A stretch of 64,000 nt of DNA, from NCBI RefSeq assembly GCF_036365525.1, contig NC_090398.1, positions 18,716,936-18,780,935 of the forward strand. Direction: 5' to 3'. The notes below the pieces were generated by a model that was not told the origin of the DNA, did no database searches, and was given only the letters and a program-made list of their open reading frames with translations. The position numbers were made by a program, and so were the translations under genes. The DNA comes from Heterodontus francisci (Eukaryota). Shown here piece by piece: positions 49,946-63,200 of this stretch. The number at the start of each line of letters is the position of its first letter. Within the stretch, counting starts at the first letter, position 1.

Positions 49946-51429
49946 ATTGATTTCTACTGTATGAAATGGTAATGACGATAAAGTTAGAGTCCAGGATTCT
50001 TCAACATAACCCCTATCACCGAAATTCAAAGTTTCCAGCCCTGAGTTTGGGGGAGGGGGTATGGGGTAGTGGGAGTGGAGAGGTGGGTGGTTACGGGATT
50101 GCAGGTGGGGGCACTCTTTAATCCATATAGAGTTCAGGATGTTCGGGTTCTTCATTCCCAAAGTGAGTCAAATGCTGCCTTGTTAAGGGGGAATTGCAAT
50201 CACCATTTCTCTGGAATTTAACTCTTGCATTTGTGAATAAGTCTGAAGATTTCAGGTGCAATATGAACTGAACACCCACAACCAGTTTATTGTTGGGTCA
50301 ATACTGACATTTAAAGGCACTATTGATGAGTTCATCTATCACTTTGCTGATCATTGTGAGATGGCTGATAGGGTGATATGTTTAGACTTTGTGGATAAGA
50401 TACAGCCGGTTAATGTTTTATATTGTCCAATATGCCAGTGTCAGATGCTTTGGAATTGCTTGGCTCAGACAGCTTGTTATGATGTTCAGCTCTTCAGCTG
50501 CTACTGGTGGAATGTATTCACAACCCAGAGTATTCACTGTGTTCCACCATTTCAGCGTCATCTTAATATCAAGTGCAGTGAACTGAATTGGCGGGACAGT
50601 GACTCTGTGAGGGTGACAATCTCTCAAAGAGTTAAAAGAGGATTACTTACTTGGCAGTTTGCACTTCTCTTTTAAACTCACGGGCTGTTGCTCCATTTAT
50701 TTCAGGATAAGCATGTTCATGGATCCACAGAATCAGGGTTAGTTCCTTGGCTTGAAGGAATTGAAGAACTGAGTTGGAAGACGACAGTTTATGTGGGAAA
50801 GATTATAAACAGCAGCAGGTTTCATGGTGAACATTAAAATTGCATTGATGATACAGAAATTATTCAGGCAAAGGAACCCGATTTCCCTTCGGAACAACAA
50901 ACAGAAAGAACTGGGAGACTTGCAGTCACTGTTACAATGGTTAAAAGATTAGTAATTTCAATGCCATTTAATATTATTAGGACCATGTTGTACAGGGCGG
51001 GAGGACAGAGAAGATAGATCCAAACGGAGGAGTCGAGTGATAAGTAAAAAAAGATGTGTAAGCAAAAATTAAAGTAATATTGAAGAGGAATATTAACCAA
51101 TTGCTCGCCCAGTATTGTAGGTATCATTTTCCCAACCAGTAACTACATTTGGCAGAGACTTTGAATAACTTTGATGAATCCTTTGCAATGGATGGGAAAT
51201 CCAACTTTCAGCAGGATGGAGAGGGGAGCAGGGATAGTGATCCGACTTGGAAAGGGAATCAAATAAAGAGCTGGGGAGCAAACGGATACAGGAGCAGAAT
51301 CAGCAACCATGCAAGATGAAATGAAGGGAATTAAGATTATTGTAGGTGAGGCGGGAAGGTAAAATCAGGAGAAACAGGATGTCTTTTCGGTTTGATGGCA
51401 GCATCCTGTTAGTGGTGAACACCACACGT

Positions 51430-52312
51430 GTTACTACTGCAGAGTAGCAATGTGAAACATCTATCTTCACCTGCCTATCTCACAAATGAGTAATGTGATA
51501 TATGAAATTCAATGCCAGTGTGATGCTAGGTATATAGGTCTTACGTTGCAAAGACTGGCAGATCTTATCAAACAACATGTCCCTTCCACTGTTCACAAAG
51601 GGCAAGGTACAGGCCATACCCAACCAGCCCGTGCATTCAAAACTCAAAACAAAGTGTCTCACATTAGATGTGATTCCGTGATTAGACACCATTTGCTAAA
51701 TAATGCTCAGTGTGCTAAGAATTATGCTGACAACGAACTTAAGATTGGAAGTCGGATTTGCAGTGTGGCACATTTGCATGCACTGGATAAAAACGCATAT
51801 CAATGCACAGGGGCCTATTCTTTACAGACATACACACATTGATCCTGTTTCAGCTAAACAAAATAAGCGACAGCCATTCACTGGTTCATCCATCAGGGCA
51901 ATGTATTGACCAATCAGAGTCAAGCTGCCTGGTTTAAATTTCAATCAAAGCTTATCAGTTAACTGTCAGTCACCATAAACTGCTGCATTCTCCGTGGCAA
52001 CACCTCTACCAATCAATCAGCACTGTCTTGCCAGACAGTGTAAAGTTACTTCTTTCCCTTGCATTGGTATTATTTTGAATTTTTTTTTATTCATTCATGG
52101 GATGTAGACGTCACTGGTCAGGCCAGCATTTATTGCACATCCCTAATTGCCCTTGAGAAGGTGGTGATCAGCTGCCTTCTTGAACCGCTACAGTCCATTT
52201 GGGGTAGGTACACCCACAGTGCTGTTAGGAAGGGAGTTCCAGGATTTTGAACCTGTTGTCCTGATGAGTAAAAGATGAAAAGCTTCAACAACATGTCTCT
52301 ATTTTCAGCAAT
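51430..52312 (+). mobile_element. Penelope-like family B 3' fragment (GIY-YIG), with a LINE tail inserted at ~52080-52250
   Basis: NVIYEIQCQCDARYIGLTLQRLADLIKQH; homologous to 4290-4972. Confidence 0.8.
52254..52293 (+). ncRNA. minimal type I hammerhead ribozyme motif
   Basis: TGTTGTC-CTGATGA-GTAAAAGAT-GAAA-AGCT-TC-AACAACA: conserved core, palindromic AGCT loop III, stem I with one mismatch. Confidence 0.7.
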
Positions 52313-52453
52313 ACTAAATGGAAATTATAATTCTGAAATTCATGAACATTTCAGTTTTTCAGTCTCACAATTAATTGAATCTACTGCCAAATCTTTACTT
52401 TAATGAAATGAAAAGGTAAATTTGCAATACTAGCCAGCCAATGATACAAAGGA

Positions 52454-54997
52454 TAAAAGCAAAATACTGCGGATGCTGGAAATCTGAAATAAAAACAAGA
52501 AATGCTGGAACCACTCAGCAGGTCTGGCAGCACCTGTGGAAAGAGAAGCAGAGTTAACGTTTCGGGTCAGTGACCCTTCTTCGGAATTGACAAATATTAG
52601 AAAAGTCACAGGTTATAAGCAAGTGAGCCGGGGGTGGGGCAAGAGATAACAAAGGAGGTCTTGATTGGACCAGGCCACATAGCTGACCAAAAGGTCACGG
52701 AGCAAAGGCAAACAATATGTTAATGGTGTGTTGAAAGACAAAGCATTCGTGCAGATTAGTTGTTAGTACACTGAATATTGAACAGCAGCAAGTGTAAACC
52801 TGAAAAAAACAGTGGGTAAGCAAACTGAACAAACTAAGATGAAATGAAATAAATGCAAAAAAAAAGATTGTAAAAAAGTAAAAAAAAAGAAGAAAAATAA
52901 CTAAAAATGAAAGTAAAATGGGGGGCTGTCATGCTCTGAAATTATTGAACTCAATGTTCAGTCCGGCAGGCTGTAGTGTGCCTAATCGGTAGATGAGATG
53001 CTGTTCCTCGAGCTTGCGTTGATGTTCACTGGAACACTGCAGCAATCCCAGGACAGAGGTGTGAGCATGAGAGCAGGGCGGAGTGTTGAAATGACAAGCA
53101 ACCGGAAGCTCAGGGTCCTGCTTGCGGACTGAGCGGAGATGTTCCGCAAAGCGGTCACCCAGTCTGCGCTTGGTTTCCCCAATGTAGAGGAGACCACACT
53201 GTGAGCAGCGAATGCAGTATACTACATTGAAAGAAGTACAAGTAAATCGCTGCTTCACCTGAAAGGAGTATTTGGGGCCTGGGATAGTGAGGAGAGAGGA
53301 GATAAATAGGCAGGTATTGCACCTCCTGCGATTGAAGGGGAAGGTGCCATGGGATGGAGACGAGGTGGTGGGGTTAATGGAGGAGTGGACCAGGGTGTCG
53401 CGGAGGGAATGATCCCTTCGGAATGCTGACAGGGGAAGGGAGGGGAAGATGCAACTGGTAGTGGCATCACGCTGGAGGTGGCGGAAATGGCGGAGGATGT
53501 TCCTTTGGATATGGAGGCTGATGGAGTGATAAGTGAGGACAAGGGGAACCCTGTCACGGTTCTGGGAGGGAGGGGAAGTGGTGAGGGTAGAGGTGCGGGG
53601 AATGGGCCGGATATGGTTGAGGGCCCTGTCAACCACAGTGGGGGGAAATCCTCGGTTGAGGTAAAAGGAGGTCAAATCAGAAGCACCGTCATGGAAGGTA
53701 GCATCATCAGAGCAGATGCGTCGGACACCGAGAAACTGGGAGAATGGAATGGAGTCCTTACAGGAGGTAGGGTGTGAAGAAGTGTAGTCGAGGTAGCTGT
53801 GGGAGTCGGTGGGCTTATAATGGATATTAGTAGACAACCTATCCCCAGAGATGGAGACAGAGAAGTCGAGGAAGGGAAGGGAAGTGTCAGAGATGGACCA
53901 TGTAAAGGTGAGAGAAGGGTGGAAATTGGAAGCAAAGTTGATAAAGTTTTCTAGTTCGGGGCGGGAGCAGGAAACGGCACCAATACAGTCATCAATGTAC
54001 CGGACAAAGAGTTGGGGGAGGGGGCCTGAGTAGGACTGGAACAAAGAATGCTCGACATATCCCACAAAAAGACAGGCATAACTAGGACCCATGTGGGTAC
54101 CTATAGCGACACCTTTTACTTGCAGGAAGTGTGTGGAGTTGAAGGAGAAGTTGTTCAATGTGAGAATAAGTTCAGCCAGGCGGAGGAGGGTGGTGGTGGA
54201 TGGGGACTGGTTGGGCCTCTGTTCCAGGAAGAAGCGGAGAGCCCTCAAACCATCCTGGTGGGGGATGGGGGTGTAGAGCGATTGGATGTCCATCGTGAAG
54301 AGGAGGCGGTTGGGACCAGGAAACTGGAAATTGTCAAAATGACGTCGAGCGTCAGAAGAGTCACGGATGTAGGTGGGAAGAGACTGGACCAGCGGAGAAA
54401 AGATAGAGTCTAGATAGGAAGAAATAAGTTCAGTGGGGCAGGAGCAGGCTGACACAATGAGTCTGCCGGGACAGTCCCATTTGTGGATTTTGGGAAGGAG
54501 GTAGAAGTGGGCTGTCCAGGGTTGTGGGACTATGAGGTTGGAAGCTGCAGAGGGAAGATCTCCAGAGGAGATGAGGTCAGTGACAGTCCTTTGGACGGTG
54601 GCTTGATGTTCGGTGGTGGGGTCATGGTCCAGAGGGAGGTAGGAAGAAGTGTCCGTGAGTTGGCATTGAGCTTCTGCAAGGTAGAGGTCGGTACGCCATA
54701 CGACAACAGCACCACCTCCAGGTTTTATGACTATGTCGGGGTTAGACCTGAGAGAACGGAGTGCCTCAAGTTCAGAGGGGGACAGGTTAGAGTGAGTGAG
54801 TGAGGGGGGCAGAGAAATTGAGATGACCAATGTCTCGCCGACAGTTTTCAATGAAGCGATCAAGAGCGAGTAAGAGGCCAGGGGGAGGGGTCCAGGTAGA
54901 GGGAGAATGCTGGAGGCAGGTGAATGGGTCTGCTGGTCGGGGGGAGGACTCCTGGTCAAAGAAGTGAGCCTGGAGGCAGAGGCGACGGAAGAACTTT
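52454..54997 (-). mobile_element. Penelope-like retroelement family A (RT plus GIY-YIG), 5'-truncated
   Basis: ORF 52929..55046 has YLLPKIHK, TMDIQSLYT, RYIDD and VVYCIRCSQCGLLYIGETKRRLGDRFAEH; the 3' region 52454-52928 carries the terminal repeat. Confidence 0.93.
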
Positions 54998-55767
54998 GTA
55001 AAATGCCTGATTCTGAGCTTAATACAGCTAGGATTCTATATCGCATTATTGGTAAATTAGAATCAGCTCCAAGAAACAGCTCATGATCTAAAGGAAAGGT
55101 AATTCCAAATAAATGCCATGTTAAATCAGATTGTTCACTTTGCCCTTCTCTATGAAGTTTGATCCCAATAAACTAACCACAATCTTCGTCCCTTGCGGAC
55201 TCTGCCCGTTTATAGTTTGATAATAGAGGATTTATGGTGAACAATGAAACCGAATTCAGGATAAAGATTTGATTCCAGCTACCGAACATGGTTTCAGTGT
55301 GGGGTCTTCGGAACAGTTTGGGGGCAGTTTAGTGATTGTATATGCAAGTAATTTTAATGACTGGTTAAAGGATCAGGACAATCCAATCTGAATGAGATGA
55401 TGTGCGATTCAGATTCAGCCCTGTGCCAGAGAATAGGGCGGGGGAGGATTGAACTGATCAGGCTGAAGGTTGTGTTTATGACTGCCTTGTACAACTGATC
55501 TTTACCCAGGGTGTGTTCATTACCTGCAGAACCCACAACACTGACTTACCCGGTGACTCTGGGGCTGGAATCAGGATAGTGACCAGACCAGCAATATGCT
55601 GAGAACAATCATTGTGCTTTACTGTAGAGAAATGGACACATCAATTTTTATGCAGTTTTCCCCAAATATTTTCCATCTGGGATTCAGATGGGTCTACTTC
55701 TGTAATTACTTAAATACTTCCACCATTATATTTAAATAACCACCTCCTTCCCTTCCTCGTCCCCATG

Positions 55768-56130
55768 TTAGTTTAGCTTATAGTTTAGTTTAGAGATACA
55801 GCACTGAAACAGGCCCTTCGGCACACCGAGTCTGTGCCGACCATCAACCACCCATTTATACTAATCCTACAATAATCCCATATTCCTACCACATCCCCAC
55901 CTGTCCCTATATTTCCCTACCACCTCCCTATACTGGGGGCAATTTATAATGGCCAATTTACCTATCAACCTGCAAGTCTTTTGGTGGTGGGAGGAAACTG
56001 GAGTACCCGGAGAAAACCCACGCAGACACAGGGAGAACTTGCAAACTCCACACAGGCAGTACCCAGAATTGAACTCTGGTCGCTGGAGCTGTGAGGCTGA
56101 GGTGTTAACCACTGCACCACTGTGCTGCCC
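55768..56130 (-). mobile_element. full-length V-SINE
   Basis: Near-identical to 39558-39905. Confidence 0.9.
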
Positions 56131-58065
56131 CACTCCCCTCCTCCATGATTACAGTTGATATTGCTAATGGCTTCCTCCCTTCAGGAACTGTCCTCCTCTG
56201 TTTCTGTTGTCATTACCCTCTCCTCAACAGAAACACCCTTGATCCCTCTGTCGTTGCAAACTACCATCCTATCTCCAAACTCTCTTTCCTGTCAAGCTCA
56301 TGAATGTGTTGTCACATCCACAATGCATGCCTATCTTTCCATGAATGCCATGTTTGAGTGACTGCCAATCAGGTTTCTGCCCAAACCACAGCACTGATGC
56401 AGGCCCTTATTAAAGTTACAAATGATATCCTATGTGACTGTGTTTGTGTGAAGTTCCTTCATGACCAGTCTGCAGATTTTGACATGGTGAACTCACCATC
56501 CTCCAGCAACACCTCTCCTCTGTTGTCTAACTGGGTGGGATTATCCTCTCCTGATTCCAATGCTCTCGGAACAATAGTCGCCAGATAATCATCTTCACTC
56601 ACTGTCAAAGGTTTCTCTTAGAACATAAGAACTAGGAGCAGGAGTAGGCCGTCCGGCCCTTTGAACCTGCTCCGCCATTCAATAAGATCATGGCTGATCT
56701 TTTCGTGGACTCAGATCCACTTACCCGCGCTCTCACCGTATCCCTTAATTCCTTTATTGTTCACAAAGATATCTACCTTAGCTTTAAAAACGTTTACTGA
56801 AGAAGCGTCAACTACTTCACTGGGCAAGGAATTCCATAGATTAACAACCCTCTGGGTGAAGAAGTTCCTTCTCAATTCAGTCCTAAATCTGCTCCCTCTA
56901 ATCTTGAGGCTGTGCCCTCTTGTCCTAGCTTCACCTGTCAGTGGAAACATCCTCTCTACTTGTATCTTATCTATTCCCTTCATAATTTTATATGTTTCTA
57001 TAAGATCCCCCCTCATTCTTCTGAACGCCAATGAATATAATCCCAATCTACTCAGTCTCTCCTCATAAGCCAACCCCCTCAACTCCGGAATCAACCGAGT
57101 GAACCTCCTCTGCACCCCCTCCAGTGCCAGTACATCCTTTCTCAAGTAAGGAGACCAAAACTGCACACAGTACTCCAGGTGCGGCCTCAGCAGTACCTTA
57201 TACAGCTGCAACATAACCTCTCTGCTTTTAAACTCAATCCCTTTAGCAATGAAGGACTCTTCTCATTCCAGCCACAGATTTTTCACATGGCTTGTCCGAC
57301 ATCCAGTATTTGATGAGCATAAATTTACTTGAATTAAATAAATATTGGGGAGACCTAAACCATTGTCTTCGGCCATGATGTAAATTCTGTTCTCTAACCA
57401 CTGGCAACATCCCTCTCCCCGACAACTGTCTGAGGCCGAGTCGAACTGTTTCCAACCTCGGTGTCCATTTTGACCCTGAATTGAGTTTCTGACCACACAT
57501 ACTCTGCATCACCATGACAGCTTATTTTCACCTCCTTAACATCGGCGACCTCTACTCCTGCTTTTGCTGATCAGCTGCTGAAACATTTATCCTTATCGTT
57601 GTTACTTCTCGACTCAAGTATTTCAGTGGTCTCCTGGTCAGAATCCCAGCTTGACCCTCCATAATCTTCAGCTCATCCAAAACTCTGCTGTCTGTATTTT
57701 AATGCACAGCTTGTCCCGTTCACCAATCAACCCTGTGCTCACTGACCGACATTGTCTCCCTGTCCAGCAAAGCTCTGATTTAAAATTTATCTTTATCATT
57801 CAGATCCCTCCCTGGTCTCATCCCTCTCTATCTCTGTAATCTCCTCCAACCCCACAATCCTCTGAGATGCCTGCATGCCTCAAATTATGTTACATTCCAG
57901 ATTTTCACCATTGGGGCAGTGTCTTCAGCTGCCTCGGTCCTAAACTCTGGAATTACCTCCCTAAATCTTTCCTCCTCTCTACCTGTCCTGCCCGTGGATG
58001 CTCCTTACCACCTACATATTTTACCAAGACTTTGTGAGATTTAGTTTATTAATACTTCCTGTGAA
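56131..58065 (+). mobile_element. old L2-like LINE fragments interrupted by a CR1
   Basis: ALIKVTNDIL..DQSADFDMV and LQLIQNSAV motifs. Confidence 0.7.
56618..57256 (-). mobile_element. young 5'-truncated CR1
   Basis: Uninterrupted ORF 56711..57214 and a TTCTTATGTTCT tail. Confidence 0.93.
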
Positions 58066-58069
58066 TTGG

Positions 58070-58372
58070 ATTCTGATGAAAGATCATTGACCTGAAATAC
58101 TCATTCTGCTGTTCTCTCCACAGATGCTGTCTGACCTGCTGAGAATTTCCAACATTTTCTGTTTTTGTTTATGTCACTGGAAATGCCTGGATTACCAGCA
58201 GGGAGGAACAGTGCGTGTGTGCAGGAAATCCCGGGTGTTCGAGGAAGCCAGACTGTGTTTGAGCCTGGCTGCTTTGCTAGCGATTATTTAAACAAAATAA
58301 TAATCAGAAAATGTTGGAAAGGCTCAGCAGGTCCTGCAGCATCTATGGAGAGTGAAACAGAGTTAACGTCTC
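58070..58372. mobile_element. older inverted pair of Penelope family A-like terminal repeats
   Basis: ttctgatgaaagatcattgacctgaaa... at 58071 and an opposite-orientation copy at ~58290-58372. Confidence 0.65.
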
Positions 58373-58502
58373 AGTACTATGACCCTCGAGTTGTACTATG
58401 GGCGATCATGGTTGAACCTGTGCCGATGTTCTGTAAGCAGTCGCATCTCTCTCCGGGGCAGAAAGACCTGGACATCATTCAGGCTTGGGCTGGTAAGTGG
58501 AA

Positions 58503-60462
58503 AGTGAAGGCCTGCTCGGGTCTGTAAATGAAACCCGATCCGGCCCGAGTCCTTTCATTCTTTCCCATGCCCGACCCGACCACCGGAATGTTCAGTAAAC
58601 CCAGCTTCTGTTTTTTACTTTTTAAGCTTGTGCAGGTAAACAACAAAAACTGTAAATGGACTTGAAAGGTTGTTTAAAAAGTACATTAATACTGGAGCCA
58701 TGTACTGGAGGTAGTGAGCCGAAGATTGTTACCATAGAAGTTAGTGATTGTTTGGTCACTAGTTAAACAGAAACCCATGGAGTTGTGCCCAGACAGGTTA
58801 TCCCACACTGTACCAGTATCTGTATTGCTTAAAATAAACACAGCATTGCCCGAAGGCTCAGAAAATATCATTATACATGACCTAGACTCCTGCTTTACAG
58901 GTTGAAATACTTGCTGCAGGTTTATCCAGTGAGCAGCTGAGATGCAGAGACCAGGAAGGTCCTGAGTGATTAATTATAAAATATACATTCCTATATTAAA
59001 GAGGTGGTACTCTACTTTCGATGGAATCATTCACTGCAGAGCAGTGCGGAGTGTTTCCTGCCTTGACGTCCTGCCGTCACTGGATTGAGTCCAGGTCTCT
59101 GGATTACTAGTCCAGTAATCTTTGAAATGTATCTCCTTGATTCAATATTTTAATCCAGTAGGTCAGATTTTGCAAACAAAAATATTAACTGATTTACGAC
59201 CGCTTTGTCACATGAATAAAGGAATTAAAATATATTCAAAATTATATATCAACTGTTAAGTACCAATGCCCAGATTTGTATATGAAAAATGCGTCTTAAT
59301 TTCATAAATTATCCATAAACACTGAGGCCACATTAAACTAAAAACAGTGATTTATCAGGTCTGACAATTAATTAAATATATTCCAAATTCAAAGCCTAAT
59401 TCGTTGTCTTTCCCCTATAAATCTCTTAATTTACTTCACAAGCCTCCTTTACTTTCTTTATTCAATACAATATGTTTTGAGGCAGGCACGAGAAGTCTTA
59501 CTAACCCCTAACGAGATGCAGTCGATTCATTTGAAAACTGTGCAATTAAAGAAAAGGGCCAAGTTCCTATTAATGCAGATTGAAGCTGTTAAACTGCTTT
59601 TGTCACCAAGAATACAAAGCACGAAGGGAAACCAAGAGATAAACTAAACACAAAAAATTTAAATTTGTGTCAATGAAAAATAGAACTCATTAAAAACATC
59701 TTATTACATAACAGTGCAGCAACTGATTACATTGTAAATATTTCATTTAGATTAAAATGGCAAAGACTTTCAACACCCCTAGAATCAGGAAAGGGTAAGA
59801 AAGGGCTAACCGGATAATTATGAGCCTGGGCCTGAGTTCTGCTACAGTGTAGGTAAGAACCGTTTATTGATTAGTACACAGTAAGTTGAAATACCAAGCA
59901 GAGTAGGAAACACACTTCAAAAGATCTGCGTTTTCTAGTGTTTCACAAACAATTGTTACGCAAGCAAAAACAAGAAATGCTGGATTCACTCAGCAGGTCT
60001 GGCAGCATCTGTGGAAAGAGAAGCAGAGTTAACGTTTCGGGTCAGTGACCCTTCTTCGGAACTGACAAATATTAGAAAAGTCACAGATTATAAACAAGTG
60101 AGGTGGGGGTTGGGCAAGAGATAACAAAGGAGAAGGTGCAGATTGGACCAGGCCACATAGCTGACCAAAAGGTCACGGAGCAAAGGCAAACAATATGTTA
60201 ATGGTGTTTTGAAAGACAAAGCATTAGTACAGATTAGGTGTGAATATACTGAATATAGAACATCAGCAAGTGCAAACCTGAAGAAAAACAACCTGAAAAA
60301 AACAGTGGGTAAGCAGTTGTTACGCAAGGCTCTGATAGTGTTAGTGTGTGTCCGACCTGGTGCGACCTGACCCGAGCCCAAATGCCAGACCCGAAAGAAC
60401 GACCCAACCCGACCCCGACACGTCATCAGGTCCTGTCTGGTTTGGGTCGGGTAGCCATGCTC
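58503..60462. mobile_element. probable non-autonomous DNA transposon (hAT-like) inserted in a LINE fragment
   Basis: ACCCG subterminal arrays at both ends; the flanks rejoin as one LINE RT sequence with duplicated AGTGG(A/C)AAGT. Confidence 0.55.
59965..60316 (-). mobile_element. Penelope family A 3' fragment with 12-bp target-site duplication
   Basis: Matches 52490-52822; TTGTTACGCAAG at 59953-59964 and 60317-60328. Confidence 0.9.
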
Positions 60463-60589
60463 CAGTGGCAAGTAACATTGACGCCACACAAGTGCCAGGC
60501 AAAGAGCATCTCCAGGAAGAGAGAAACTAACCATCTCCCCTTGGCATTTAATGACATTACCATTGCTGCATCCCCCACCGGGATAAACA

Positions 60590-61945
60590 TATGAAATAAG
60601 AGCAGGAGTAGGTCACTCGGCCCTTCTAACCTGCCCTGCCCTTCAATAAGCTCATTGCTGATCTGATTGTAACCTCAACTCCACATTCCTGTCTACCCCC
60701 GATAACCTTTCACTTCCTTGCTGAGCAAGAATCTATCTACCTCTGTCTTAAAAATATTCAAAGACACAGCTTCCACTACCTTTTGGGGAAGAGAATTCCA
60801 AAGATTCACAACCCTCTCCTCATCTCTGTCTTAAATGGGCGACCTCTTATGTCTAAACAGTAGCCCTTAGTTCTAGATTCTTCCATAAGAGGAAACTTCC
60901 TCCTACATCCACACTGTCAGAATCTTATATATTTCAATTAAGTCACCCTTTACTCTTCTAAACTCCAGTCCAGCCTGTCCAACCTTTCCTCATAGGACAA
61001 CCCACCCATTCCAGGTATTAGTCCAGTAAATCTTCTGTGAAATGCTTCCACTGCATTTCCATCCTTCCTTAAATAAGCAGACCAATACTGTACACAGTAC
61101 TCCAGATGTGGTCTCCACAATATCCTGTATAACTGAAGCATAACCTCCCTACTTTTGTATTCAATTCCCCTCGCAATAAATGATAACATTCCATTCGCTT
61201 TCCTAATTACATGCTGTACCTGCGTACTAAACTCATGCATGAGGACACCCAGATCCCTCTGCATCTCAGAGTTCTGCAATCTCTCACCATCTAGATAATA
61301 TGCTTTTTTTTTTAATTCATCCTGCCAAAATGGACAATTTCACATTTTTCCACATTATACTCCATTTATCAGATCTTTAGCCAGTCACATAACCTATCTA
61401 TATCCCTTTGTCGCCTCCTTATGTTCTCTTCACAACTTATTTTCCTACCTATCTTTATGTCATCAGCAAACTTGATAACATACCTTCAGTCCCTTCATCC
61501 AAGTCATTTATATAAATTGCAAAAGTGGAGGCCCCAGCACTGATCCGATGGCACACCACTCATTACATCTTGCCAACCGGAAAATGACCAATTTATGCCT
61601 ATTCTCTGTTTCCTGTTAGCAAGCCAATCTTCTTTCAATGCCAATAATAACCTTAACATGTTATTACCCCCCTACACTGTGAGCTTTCATTTTCCACAAT
61701 AACCTTTGATGTGGCACCTTATTAAATGCCTTCTGGAAATTTAAGTACAGTACATCCACCGGTTCCCCTTTATCCACAGCACATGTTACTTCTTCAAAGA
61801 ACTCCTATAAATTGGTTAAATATGATTTCCCTTTCACAAAACCATGTTGACTCTGCCTGATTACCTTGAATGTTTCTAAATGCCCTGCTATAAAATTTTT
61901 AATAGTAGTTTCAAACATTCTGTCTATGACCGGTGTTAATCTAAG
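60590..61945 (-). mobile_element. degenerate CR1 RT to 3' tail
   Basis: QSQHGFVKGKSYLTNL and RPHLEYCVQYW. Confidence 0.9.
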
Positions 61946-63200
61946 CTGAGTGCAGCTCCCAACAACACCCAAGAAGCTCGACACCATACAGGACAAAGCA
62001 ACCTGATTCATCAGCACCCCATCCAACACCTTAAGCAGTCACTCCCTCCACCATTGGCACACAATAGAGGCAGTGTGTACCATCTACAAGATGCAGTGGA
62101 GCAACTTGCCAAGGCTCCTTTGACAGTACCTTCCAGACCCATTACCTCTACCAAAGAACAAAGAACAAAGAACAAAGATAATTACAGCACAGGAACAGGC
62201 CCTTCGGCCCTCCAAACCTGCGCCGATCCAGATCCTCTCTCTAAACATGTCGCCTATTTTCTAAGCTTCTGTATCTCTTTTCTTCCTGCCCATTCATGTA
62301 TCTGTCTAGATACATCTTAAAAGACTCCATCGTGCCCGCGTCTACCACCTCCGCTGGCAACGCGTTCCAGGTGCCCACCACCCTCTGCGTAAAGAACTTT
62401 CCACGCATATCCCCCCTAAACATTTCCCCTTTCACTTTGAACTCGTGTCCTCTAGTAATTGAAACCCCCACTCTGGGAAAAAGCCTCTTGCTGTCCACCC
62501 TGTCTATACCTCTCATGATTTTGTACACCTCAATCAGGTCCCCCCTCAACCTCCGTCTTTCTAATGAAAATAATCCTAATCTACTCAACCTCTCTTCATA
62601 GCTAGCGCCCTCCATACCAGGCAACATCCTGGTGAACCTCCTCTGCACCCTCTCCAAAGCATCCACATCCTTTTGATAATGTGGCGACCAGAACTGTACG
62701 CAGTATTCCAAATGTGGCCGAACCAAAGTCCTATACAACTGTAACATGACCTGCCAACTCTTGTACTCAATACCCCGTCCGATGAAGGAAAGCATGCCGT
62801 ATGCGTTCTTGACCACTCTATTTACCTGCGTTGCCACCTTCAGGGAACAGTGGACCTGAACACCCAAATCTCTCTGGACATCAATTTTCCCCAGGACTTT
62901 TCTATTTACTGTATACCACCTACAAGGCCAAGGGCAGCAGATGCATGAGAACACCACCGTCAGTAAGCGTCCCTCCAAGTCACACACCATAGTGACCTGG
63001 AACTCTATTGCCATTTATTCACTGTCGCTGTGTCAACATCCTGGAACTCCCTGCCTCACAGCACTGTGGGTGTACTTACAACGCATGGACTTCAGTGGTT
63101 TATGAAGGCAGCTCACCACCACCTTCTCGAGCAATTAGGGATGTGAAATAAATGTTGGCCATGACCGCGATGACCACATCCCATGAAAGAATAAAATAAA
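61946..63200 (+). mobile_element. LINE 3' fragment (48955 family) split by a CR1
   Basis: Colinear with the reverse complement of 48960-49430 on both sides of the insertion. Confidence 0.85.
62153..62912 (-). mobile_element. young 5'-truncated CR1 with (TTCTTTG)n tail
   Basis: Open ORF 62241..~62912; short TACCA duplication at the flanks. Confidence 0.93.

Noticed and set aside
54998-55046. ATG of the 705-aa ORF as the true Penelope start
   Set aside because: It lies in flanking DNA, and the first ~80 aa are flank plus an off-frame reading of the element.
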